The notes below the pieces were generated by a model. That model was not told where the DNA came from, did not search any database, and worked only from the letters and a program-made list of their open reading frames with translations. Both the position numbers and the translations under genes were made by a program. DNA of 63,828 nucleotides, filler included, from Rhabdomonas costata (lineage: Eukaryota), in assembly GCA_019059605.1 (NCBI GenBank). It is 52 parts of 52 records of this genome, joined end to end, with 100 filler letters (N's around TTAATTAATTAA, not from the genome) between each part and the next. Parts side by side here need not be neighbours in the genome. Positions count along the whole stretch, not along the records: positions 52,873 to 54,001 come from JAHMHO010027165.1; positions 54,102 to 55,230 come from JAHMHO010027166.1; positions 55,331 to 56,459 come from JAHMHO010027167.1; positions 56,560 to 57,688 come from JAHMHO010027168.1; positions 57,789 to 58,912 come from JAHMHO010027169.1; positions 59,013 to 60,141 come from JAHMHO010027170.1; positions 60,242 to 61,370 come from JAHMHO010027171.1; positions 61,471 to 62,599 come from JAHMHO010027172.1; 44 more parts are not named here. One strand, 5' to 3'. Positions 53,010 through 63,828 of the stretch are shown here, in pieces; the first letter of the stretch is position 1; every line of letters starts with the position of its first letter.

Positions 53010-53330
53010 GGCCAATGACTGACCTTTTCAACATGATGGTCGAGAATTCCCATCATGGAGAGCAGAGAATTTTCCGTGCTGGGTGGTCTCGCTCCTTCCG
53101 TATGGAATCAGGACCTATTTGGCGCGCCCTGTTACGGTGGTGGTCACGGTTAGAGTGTGCCTGTGTGGCTCCGTGAATCCATCGTTTTGATCGGTTTCCC
53201 TTCTTCAGAGGGCTGCACGCGTTTGCGAAGTATGTCCCCCGGGATGTGGTGAAGATGATGCTCAGCGGAGGGATGAGCTCGAACGCGATGACGCGGCGGA
53301 ATGTGACGATCATGTTCGCGGACATTGTTG
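53010..53330 (+). CDS. HAMP + class III adenylate/guanylate cyclase, exons 53010-53043 and 53209-53330
   Basis: PMTDLFNMMVE|GLHAFAKYVPRDVVKMML...RRNVTIMFADIVG: HAMP end, FxKYVP linker and first catalytic Asp. Confidence 0.92.
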
Positions 53331-54135
53331 GTTTGCTTTTTGCCTCCTTTTTCTTATCAGCACCACTACGTTGTTTGCTTTGATCGGAGCAGGATTGTCT
53401 CTCGATCATGCAGGTTGGTTGTATTCGTATCGTGTGATGCTCATGCTTTTGGTTTCCCTCTACTTATTGCTGTTGTCCTTGTATGCTTGAAGGGGAGCAC
53501 AACGCCAACACTCTGCGGCTGAGTGAAGTTTGGTGCTTCCAACCAATTAAATTTAGGCTGAGAATTATATGTCTGGTACGTTTTGTCTCATCCTTCCCAA
53601 AACGGAGAACGCCCTATTTTCGAGAATACATAGCGGATTGCAGATGATTCAGCTGCTATGATGTGCCTGGGAAGACCTGGGATTGATGTACTGCACCGTG
53701 GATCTGATGAAGTATAAGCCAAAGCGTTCTTTCGGGTGGAATGGACAGTGATTGATACGATGATAACCGACCAAACAAGTTTGCTCCGGTGCCGAGAGCA
53801 CGACACGACGCCAGCTCACAGCAGCTCACAGGGTTTGTGCTGGTGCATCAGCGGTGCCTTGTACCAACAGGTTTTTGAATTGCTTCTTTTGTTGGAGCCG
53901 TTGTGACCAACTGGCTGGACATATCGGGCCAATTCGACCCTGGGGTCCTTCCTGGGCTGTTGATCTTTCCAGCCAGTTGGTCACAACGGCTCCCCCCAAA
54001 ANNNNNNNNNNNNNNNNNNNNNNNNNNNNNNNNNNNNNNNNNNNNTTAATTAATTAANNNNNNNNNNNNNNNNNNNNNNNNNNNNNNNNNNNNNNNNNNN
54101 NTTTTTGTGGTGGGAATGTGAAAGGGAGCTGACGC

Positions 54136-54733
54136 CTGGAGCAGCTTCCGATCAATCCGGTCGATGTCCAGCAGGACGTGGTCGTACATCTGCTCGGCCT
54201 TGCCCAGGGCCTTGCTGTCCAGCACGTCCGCCTCGGGGTGAGCGTGTAACTGTCGTGCATTGAGCACGATCTGCTCGATGTCACTGACAAACTTCTGTGT
54301 GCAGATTTTGCAGCGAGTGGTGATACTGGTTCTTCGAAATACAGCTTCAGTTTCTTTCCACTACAAGGTAAAAAAGATAACTAGTGGCCATATGCCTTAG
54401 AAACCCTAAATTGAATGAGCAAATGCAACGCACTAGAATGAAGTTCGTTTCAGAAAAAGAAGGCTTATTTCAAACAGCAGCCATAGTCAAAATGCATCAG
54501 ACGCAAATAAAGATAACATAAGGGAACTGGAAACCAATCCAAGGAACGTGATATTTGTGTGTGAGTCTTCCACCTGAATGCTGGTGTATTCTCCGTCATT
54601 GCACCTCCGCATGCAGTCGGTCAGCCACAGCGGCTTCTTCACGGTGGCGTAGAAGCCCGGGCACTCGCTGGGATCCACGGGCTTGTGGAAGGGCGCGAAC
54701 TTCCTGTCATTCTGCAACCTCAGGATGATGTCC
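54136..54733 (-). CDS. ATAD2/Yta7-like bromodomain, exons ~54733-54574 and 54294-54136
   Basis: RDIILRLQNDRKFAPFHKPVDPSECPGFYATVKKPL...EYTSIQ|KFVSDIEQIVLNA...KAEQMYD. GT-AG intron 54573-54295. Confidence 0.85.
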
Positions 54734-56714
54734 CTGCAGATGGAGTGACCCTTCACCACACCGTCACCAGTGCGCAAACACACGCACACGCAGACGCACA
54801 CTTTGCGCACTGGGACAAGGCGACTTTTTTCTCGGGAAGACTCTCGTTTCTCTTCCCCCCTGGGCTACCCACCCTTGATGGGTCTTTCTGTTTCTCGTTC
54901 CTCGGTCCATTCCAGCGATCCCATTTCTCCTCTCTGATCTCCTCTTACCGCCGTCATTCATCGGGGGTGGTGCATGGCGCTCTGGATTCCACCCTCACGG
55001 CAAACTGGGCGCCGTTGGGCAATCTCTGTCTTATGCTTGATGACTTGGGTTCTCGGTGCACACTCACACTCATGCTCACACTCACACGCACAAAATATTT
55101 GGATTTGGTATTTTGGAGGTGCTTTTACGCGAGTGATGGGAGCTGCCATCGCTCTGTATGACACCCGACCGACCGAGGAACGCTTCGGGGTGAGCTCTCG
55201 CCATATAAGAAGCAAAAAAAGATTGGTGCCNNNNNNNNNNNNNNNNNNNNNNNNNNNNNNNNNNNNNNNNNNNNTTAATTAATTAANNNNNNNNNNNNNN
55301 NNNNNNNNNNNNNNNNNNNNNNNNNNNNNNGGGGGTTTTGTGTGACTTTTGTTCAAAAGTTCTGTTGGCGAAACAGAAGGAGTGGGAAAGGAATGGGTAA
55401 TTCCAACGGAGGTAAATGGGGGGGGGACCGTTCAGAGGCAGAGAGAAGGAGAAGGACTACAACATTCCCCCGAAAGGAGTGGACAAGATGCAAAATGTTA
55501 TGGATGGGCGAGTCACAGAAACGGGATCCTTGTGAACAAGCGCACGCCAACCAAAAAGGGCTGAAGCGCCTATCTGGTCCACAGCGATTGTCTGTGTGGG
55601 ATTGCGGTTGAACTTCCTGGAAATACATCGGCGGAGCGTAACTCTTGCAAAGAAAATTTTATGTTCTTTTTTTCCCTAAAACTTGCTTCCATACCACCAG
55701 CTTGCCAAAAATGTCCTTCAGGTGCACTAAGCCAGGGCCAAAGCTGCAGCAAATGAAGCCTAGAGACCAAAGAAGCATTTATGAAGCACCAAGGAAGCAT
55801 TTATATATAAGGCATCGCCATGGGTTTGGAGATGGGCAGTTTCTTGCTTTCCTTCTTTGGCATAGGCACAATGTGAAAGTTTTCCCGAAGGTTTTCATGT
55901 TGCTGCCCCTCGCGCTGCTTCTTTGTGCATTAGGAGGTCTTTTTACACCGTCGTTTCTGTTTCTCCGAGCCCCATCACCCCCCCCCCCCCGTTGCGAGGG
56001 AGAGATGGAGGGCAAAGAGGTTCGCGTGCAGTTTGTAAAAACTCCCGCGTGGCTGAGCATGGTCCAGGTGTGCGTGTATCTGTTATGTGCCTTGCTGTCG
56101 TGCTTTTGTTTGTTTTTGTGGTATTTTTCATTTCCAAATAAATTCATGAACTTTTGGGGGAATGTTGGCAGTGATGCCAATCTCTTTTCCTATCCTTCCT
56201 ACCATTTGTCATGTGCATTTTGCTTTTTCCCTTACATAATGCAATGTGCTGGAGTGCGGTCCAGGGCTCATGTCACCGGAAATTTCGTTCTACATTTACC
56301 TGCCAGAAACCTGCAAATACCTGCCTCCCTAAGAACCTGCTTCGCTTCCTCACTTGCTGTTCAGGACGCCCAAGCTCAGGACCTGCTCTCCGTTGTGTCG
56401 AGCGGAGGGCTGCCCCGCGAGGCCAGCGCGGTCTCCAGCTTTGGCACCGCACCACCACCNNNNNNNNNNNNNNNNNNNNNNNNNNNNNNNNNNNNNNNNN
56501 NNNTTAATTAATTAANNNNNNNNNNNNNNNNNNNNNNNNNNNNNNNNNNNNNNNNNNNNGTTGGTGTGTTGAGAATCTAAGGACGGGCCCGTGGCAAGCC
56601 AATTAACGGAGCTAGGCTATTGCAGTATTGAGCGCTGGCACTGCCGAAATGTTTCCGACCGTTGCATCTGTTGTACTGAACACTGACGGTTGTGTGTGGT
56701 GTTCTGCGTCGCAG

Positions 56715-56813
56715 CTCGGGTCGGAGATCGATGACGTGAAGCATTCCTTCTTGCAGCGCTGTGACGCTCGTGGAAAGATCTGCTCGGCAAGTTTTATGCA
56801 GTGGATCGCCGAG
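56715..56813 (+). CDS. exon, EF-hand-like
   Basis: CGCAG| LGSEIDDVKHSFLQRCDARGKICSASFMQWIAE |GTTTAC. Confidence 0.45.
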
Positions 56814-58502
56814 GTTTACGCAATTGACCGCTTTCCCGGGGAACCGGGGGGGGGGCTTTTTCCACAAGTGTGGCTGACGGTATTATAGCTGTCTCTTTTG
56901 CCTGGGGACAGAGAAGAGGCGAAGTCGAAGGATTGATAGACGCATGAGTAAAAAGATGCAATTAGAAAAGATGTCCCTCATATGCAACCCCACGCATTGG
57001 ATGTGTTTGCAGGTGAACCCAAGGGGCAGGATCCGCGGGAGACACTGTTGGGAGGCGCGGGGTGCACACTCATATACCATATGCTCATTTGCCCACACAA
57101 CAGGCCAAGATCCATCCCCTGCCCACCCATCGCAGGCGGACTATCACGCGTGATTGGTGCTGAAGCACCAGAGTGTTTGCTCCTTCCTCCTCCGTTTCCA
57201 CACAGCACGAAGGCTTAAGCACTCTAGGCCTCTCCTCCCAGCGAGGGTTCCAATACTATGCTTCCTTTCATGGGTATTGAGGCAGGTGGGCGTTTTGTTC
57301 ATGAGTTGTGGCTGCCGTCGATATACCCTCCGCTGCGCTGGGGAAAAAAGAGGTACAAGAGCAAAAAGGAAGCCGCCAAGGGCACGGGTGGGTGCCGTTG
57401 TGAGGGTGTAAGGACCGGCCACACAGCGTTTCGGGAGGCCCACTGAACATAAATGTTCAGTCGGCCTCCCGGGCATGTTCAGTGATCATCTTTTCTTTTT
57501 TGTATACATACATTTCACATTGTATACATGTATGAGACTCCTTTGGCTTTGCCCTCTGCCCCGTTTCTCGTGCTCACTGCGAGGGCTCGGGGTTTGCACT
57601 AGCCACCGTTGTGGTGCTTTGCTAGGTGCTGTCCTCCTCCGGAGCTCTTCCAGAGAGCACCAGCCCCACCCCACCAAACACACCCACANNNNNNNNNNNN
57701 NNNNNNNNNNNNNNNNNNNNNNNNNNNNNNNNTTAATTAATTAANNNNNNNNNNNNNNNNNNNNNNNNNNNNNNNNNNNNNNNNNNNNTTTTGTGTGTTA
57801 GAAATTTAGGTAACCATATGCGTATAGGTATATGTGTTTTTAAATAGTAATGACGTTTTGGCGTCCTTTAGGTACAAAAAGCCCCTGGCCTGCTTTGGCT
57901 TTGCCCCATCCAGAAATCACGTTCACTCATTAGAAAGAAATTATTTATATGCTGTTATAGTCAGGGTTGAGATCTAAACCCAGTCACTTCGGAAACAGCG
58001 GGGGCCCACTCCAGAGAACCTGTCCCTCCTGTGCGACGAAGGAACGAGGAACGATCAAGGAGCCTGGAGTGGGAGCGCAGGCACACACCCAGAACAGAAC
58101 CCCTTGCTTCCTCTTGGTCGAAACTCCAAGCACCCAGAAACGCAGCCTGCCAGATGCCTCATTCCTTTCCGCAGTGCACCACCGCTGCATCGCAGAGCGA
58201 GAGGTAAAAAAAATTTCTCTCGTTCGCTGCATGCACGGGTGTCCCGTGTCGCAAATATTCTTTGCTTGTTTGTGTGAGAGCGAATGTATGGGTGTGTCAG
58301 TCGGTGGGTGGGTGTCCGTGCACAAGCTGCGCATTGGGCTGTTTGTCGCCAACTTTTTGTTAAGCCGTGTCACCATGGGTGTATATATGGACTGAAGAAT
58401 GACAGAAGGACAGAGAGAGAGAGAGAGAGAGAGCTATGGACCCAGCACGCTTTTTCTCGGCTGCCTTTCTGCACCTTTCCAAGAAGGAAACAGGTGCTAC
58501 AC

Positions 58503-58616
58503 CTGGCTGGGCGATCCCCCCGGGAGCAGGCTGGGCAGGATGTCCGTGTGGAGATCCTCCAGCAGCACGAAGGCGCCGGTCTTTTCCCCCTCCCGCTTCC
58601 TTCGCAGCTGACACAC
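58503..58616 (-). CDS. exon, hypothetical protein
   Basis: GTGCAG| VCQLRRKREGEKTGAFVLLEDLHTDILPSLLPGGSPSQ |GTGTAG. Confidence 0.5.
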
Positions 58617-61600
58617 CTGCACAAGGGAAAACCGCACGTGCCACAGTCCACAACAAAGCGAACTCACTGGAGAATCACAGGATGGAACCTGAGGTGTGCT
58701 GGGCCACCCAGGCTCAGCAGCTAACCTCGAGCGTTGCCCCAGCGTGGTTTAGCATTCAATCCCAAGACTTTGGGGCTGTCAGCACTTCGAGCTTATCCCG
58801 TTGAGAGCCCGGCCCGGATCGCCCGGATGACACGCGTCTGTCCATCTGGACATCAGACCCGCTGTGGGAGTTTCCTTCATGGACAACTTAAACACTGAAG
58901 GGGAAACGTACCNNNNNNNNNNNNNNNNNNNNNNNNNNNNNNNNNNNNNNNNNNNNTTAATTAATTAANNNNNNNNNNNNNNNNNNNNNNNNNNNNNNNN
59001 NNNNNNNNNNNNGTGTTTAGGCTCCCTGCCGACCGTGACACCCAATGGTCGCAACTTCCAAGGCACCATGACGCACCATTGAGCAGCACCCATGCCGGAG
59101 AGTACCAACACTCCATTGTAACCAGCATCCAAGCTCACGACTCAGGTCCTGTTGACCTTGTGCTTTTTGTTATCTTTCTTTTGTGAGTTTCTCGCAGCAA
59201 CCCTAAAAGACTGCAATACAGCGAGGACACAGGGATGCAAGGAGCGGAGTCGTAGCGCAAGGTATTTTGCAACTGTTCAAGCTTTTGCAGAGATGCGTGC
59301 ACTTCATTTGGTCTCTCAGATCCTGCACCTGTGGTGTCGCAGTTTCTAAAATCGTTGCGTGTTCGTGTTGGAACCTCTTGCTGCAAGTGCTGTTGAGGTA
59401 AAAAACCTCACCTGTACCCGCGGAATGCATTGGTGCACACCACGCCGCACGGCTGCACTCCTGCTGTTTCCACGAAGCAGGTATGTTGACGATGATTGAC
59501 TACAGCAACCCTAACTTTCCTCACGCTAATATTTTTCGGGATTCTCCCAAATCAGGCAAAAAGAAGAAGAAATTGTTTAATCCAGTTGAGAAAAAACACA
59601 TCACCTAAAAACCAAAGATTTATAAATGAGTACCATCTGAAGGCTTGCCCAGAGCAAGGACCTCTTCAACTCTCGGGTGTGGCATCTGTACAATCTACAA
59701 GCCGCTCGTATCTTTGAATTTCCGACAATGTGGGAAGGTTTGATTATATACTATTTTGGATGGTTTCGATATATTTTTATTATTAAAAATTATTGGAATA
59801 AATAGTTTAATTATATTTGTGTATTATGATTTCCCATAATATTTTGATACCTTGTTTCTTGTCCGCAGTTGCCCTGGACTGCCTCGGCTACTTGGCTAAT
59901 TCGCATCTGTGGGTCCCCATTTCGCAGCTGTATTGTTTAAGTAAACGATTTTACGGAAACAACGGATTTTAAGTAAAGTTAAGTATACAAACGCATTTTT
60001 GAAACAATACTATTAAAAGCATTCCGGAAATTCAGGAGCAAAAGGGCATATTCAACTGGCACTCCGGACTGGAACCATTCTTTGACCTTGTGAGTAATGG
60101 ACTCAGTCGCTCCGGCTTTGCCCACACCGAGTTTGCCCATANNNNNNNNNNNNNNNNNNNNNNNNNNNNNNNNNNNNNNNNNNNNTTAATTAATTAANNN
60201 NNNNNNNNNNNNNNNNNNNNNNNNNNNNNNNNNNNNNNNNNTTGTTTGTTACGCATTTGTTTGACGGGTAACAATTGCGGTGATTATGATTTTATCTCGT
60301 GGTTTCGGTGTAAGGCCGATAGCGAGGCTGGGTATCTGAACAAACGCCTCCATAGGTTTCATAGATCTAATAGGTTCCAATTTTGATCTAGAATGTCTTC
60401 TGTCCCTCTGTCGGGATCCTCTCCTCAAATCTTTCGGCCATACCATTGAGAGCCCCCCAGAGTCGACGCCGGAATTATTGATTGAAAGTGGCAAATAATA
60501 ATGACGAGACTTTCTGGTACGAGGGTTCTTTTTGACCCTAACTCACAGTCCTCCCTCTGAAAGTCCTTCTTGCACCATGACCTTCCCTTGCCCCTTTCCG
60601 TCAGGCTCACTTCCACAATCAGCAGCACTTTCTGCACTGCTTCACAGTAGCAGTGCGGTAGCAGAGGCAACATCTCGCTTATCAGCCGCTGAAGAAAGCC
60701 GTCTCTTTCACAGACTTCGAACACATAGCTGCTCCAGCCTCCCGGCCTCTCAGCCCACTCGGAAGCCACCGTTCCCAGGCTGCCAGTTGGACTGGCCGAG
60801 GGTGTTCCCCTGGGGGGCACGCATGACACCAGTGCTGTCGTGACCCGCACAGCACGCATTCCTCCGCTTCCCCCGTGGCAGCCCTCGCCACCGCCAGGAA
60901 AGTAATAGGAGAGGAAAAACACAAAGCAAGGGAAAAGGCACAAAAAGTCGCAGTAGTAGTATGTTGAGTATGAAAGCGGGGAAACAGTTTTGTGGGCTGT
61001 TTACGGGTTTGTTCAAAATGGAGTTGATATAAAAAACTTTATTTTTGTCTGCCGCACATTTTGATGCGGAAATATGTGAAACCAATGGAACAATTGCTAT
61101 TCTTGTCTCTCGGTGTATCCATGCAACACTCCGTCACACAAGTAAAAAATCACTCAAATAAGGCAAAAAAATGAAAAAAAAAATGAACCAAGTGTTTTCT
61201 CGCACTCAGATATTGCAAGTGGCCTAATCAAAAGGTAGGAATTCATAGGAGTCGTTTCTTTTTATGGATCCAAAAATGAGTGGTGGAGCTTTGTGGACTA
61301 CGAAAATGGTCCAGGAGATGAAAAAGTCAGAAAGTTCACAAAGTTTTGAGGAAAAGTTTCCGGGTGTCTGNNNNNNNNNNNNNNNNNNNNNNNNNNNNNN
61401 NNNNNNNNNNNNNNTTAATTAATTAANNNNNNNNNNNNNNNNNNNNNNNNNNNNNNNNNNNNNNNNNNNNTTGTGGGTGTGCTACTTTCAACGTTGGCCT
61501 AGTTTTTGCTGAACCAAAGAAAAGAATGCTACGATGCTGAAATACACAGCGGGAGTGAGCAGTGCCAGCACCACTGCCATTGACGGCCTTTGCACGAACA

Positions 61601-62699
61601 ATAAAATGCAGGCATGTTTCCGTTTTCCACCCACCGTATCCATATTTCTCCGAGCGCGAATGCTGAACACACAGGTGAAGTCCAAGAAGCTTGAAGATGT
61701 GCAGAGTAGTGGAGCCATACCCTGCGGCCAAGAATCCCAGTTCTCCAGCTCCCCAGAAGGACAACCTAAGCAAGACAACAAGACAACGGCGGAGTGGGCG
61801 GGAAACGAGAATCCACGATCCATGCAATAGTGCCCGCGTCGGACCATGCTCGGTTTGTCTCCAACTCCGCATCCACTCTATTGCGAGGCTTTCGCTCACT
61901 CCCGCTGTGTATTTCAGCATCGTAGCATTCTTTTCTTTGGTTCAGCAAAAACTAGGCCAACGTTGAAAGTAGCACACTCACTCATCACACCAGGCAAATA
62001 ACGCCACCACGGGAACCATGAACAGCATCATCCCAATTTCTGCGCATTGGAGACAGAGAAAGCCAAGACAAAAAGCGAAATCGAAAAAGGTGGAATAGGA
62101 GGCCTTGAAGAGGTTTAGAGGGCCAGTGGAGATGTTTCCATGACGTGTTGGGTCTCGAGATCCTGTATTTGCCCTGGAATATTTAACGGATACCACGGGT
62201 GCCGGGTACCCACACACACAGCCACTAATTTTCAAGACCCGACGAGAGAGATGAGAGAAATAAAACCAGCCGTTGTGCAGAGTTAATATGCGCAAGCAAG
62301 TGGCGCATGCTCGACAATGCTCAGCGATCAAACAAGACCAAGACAAAAACGAGCATCCCTTTGATGTTACATTCGATCACCACGCGGTCATTCATCGCGC
62401 ACAGCTTTGGCAGAAGAATATTTGCAAGTGAGAGACGACAGAAAAAGGACCAAACAGTGTCACTCGGTAAAGGTGTTTTTTCTGGAGGGAAAACTTCGGA
62501 AAGTTAAGCTTAGGGGGCAAAACGGCAGTAATTGGGTGGGAATTTCGAGCACGCCACGCACCCACAGGAAGGTGAAGCCTGCCCTTGACCCCCCACCCCN
62601 NNNNNNNNNNNNNNNNNNNNNNNNNNNNNNNNNNNNNNNNNNNTTAATTAATTAANNNNNNNNNNNNNNNNNNNNNNNNNNNNNNNNNNNNNNNNNNNN

Positions 62700-63770
62700 T
62701 TGTCGGGAGAGTCTTCGCAATGCATCCCCAAGCAGCGCCAGCCCGTGCCCCGTGAAGCTGTTGCCAACGAGGCCCAAGTCCAACGTCACCAGCCCTCGAC
62801 ACTCCCGGAGTCGTGACAGCACTGAAACAGAGGCATCACTGAGTCCTGTGTAACCAAGGTTAACCGCCAAGAAGGAAAGACTATTGACCGGCAGTCCTTC
62901 CATCACATGGGAGACGCCCACGTCCCCAATCTGGTTCACCTCCAGATCGAGCCCTAAAGTGGTGAGTCGCGTTAGTGCCGCACATGCCTGGAAGCCCAGA
63001 AGGGAATCCGCGGTTAAGTTGGTGAGTGAAAGGTCCAAGCATAAGCTTGTCAGACTTTGGCCCAAGGAGGCCGTCAGAAGGTCCGACCAGCGGAGAGAAG
63101 AATCCACACCAATCCTTGCGTTTCCACACAGCTGAACAGTGAGCACCCGCAAGCAAGGGAGACTGCCCAGCGTCCGCCAAAGCACATTGACCCCAGTAGC
63201 CTGCAAACCATTGGCCTGCAGATTGAGCAGAAGCTCCCGCAGCTGCAGTGCGGCAGCTATGCTCCCGGACAGCGAATTGCAGTCACCGTCGTCCAGGTGA
63301 CAATCCTCAAGGCTTAGCTGAAGCTGAGTGAGTCGAGGAGCCTGGAAGCAGCGGGATAGGGTCGCCATGCCGCTGCTGGTGTGCCTGCGGATGAAGTCCA
63401 TCCGAAGGACAAGCCGGTGAAGGGTCGGGCAGCAGCGCAGCTCGCCAAGACCCTCACAGCTCTGCTCCACGTACCCCCTCAGCCCAAAGGTAGAGAGCTC
63501 CAGGCTCTCCAGCTCCAGGCATCCCCGTAGAGAGCGCAGGAATGGCGGCAGCGCCTCGCGCCAGGACCTTTCCAAAGTAGTGAGGTCGAGCACAGCAGTG
63601 CGCAGCCCGCATTCCACAAGTCGGCCGAAAAGCTTTTCCGGTGGAACAGCCGAACCATGGATCGCGCGCAGATGGACCAGTCTTGCCCACCGCCGCGAGA
63701 CCAGACAAAATGCGGGAGACTTCTTGAAGGAGAAGATGCAGTTCAGGACATCGGTAGGGAGAGAGGCCAT
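62700..63770 (-). CDS. F-box + RI-like leucine-rich repeat protein (intronless here, 3' truncated)
   Basis: LPTDVLNCIFSF...LVSRRW F-box, followed by ~28-aa LxxLxLxLxxNxI repeats (e.g. LTTLGLDLEVNQIGDVG). Confidence 0.9.
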
Positions 63771-63828
63771 ACGGGAGCACAAAAAGCTCTAGCCGAAATG
63801 AATGAGTGCAAAAAAGAAAACTAGCAAC

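Overview
This window is not contiguous DNA. It is a pseudo-scaffold of 52 unrelated contigs of about 1.13 kb, joined by 51 artificial 100-nt spacers (N..TTAATTAATTAA..N), so gene neighbourhood across spacers means nothing. The contigs come from an intron-rich eukaryote with short GC-rich exons, 80-450 nt introns and (GT)n tracts. A euglenid/euglenozoan source is my inference from the cyclase type and intron structure, and it is not proven. Exons recognised by hand include: ASCC1, UBE2J/UBC6 and a second E2, an AGC-type kinase, a BioF/SPT-family enzyme, aldose 1-epimerase, DDX41, a NUDT6-like Nudix hydrolase, VPS13-like, disintegrin-like repeats, NSUN2/Trm4, cathepsin B, a complete 36-aa OST4, cadherin/Big-like repeats, an alpha/beta hydrolase, a HAMP-class III cyclase, an ATAD2-like bromodomain and an F-box/LRR protein. 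The most interesting signal is the splicing. Alongside 10 complete GT-AG introns there are two apparent GA-AG introns, two GC donors, an exon with no usable AG acceptor, and a 447-nt Nudix intron with non-GT-AG ends held by a 24-bp terminal stem. The standard genetic code fits all recognised exons. All family calls come from motif recognition, without database searches.
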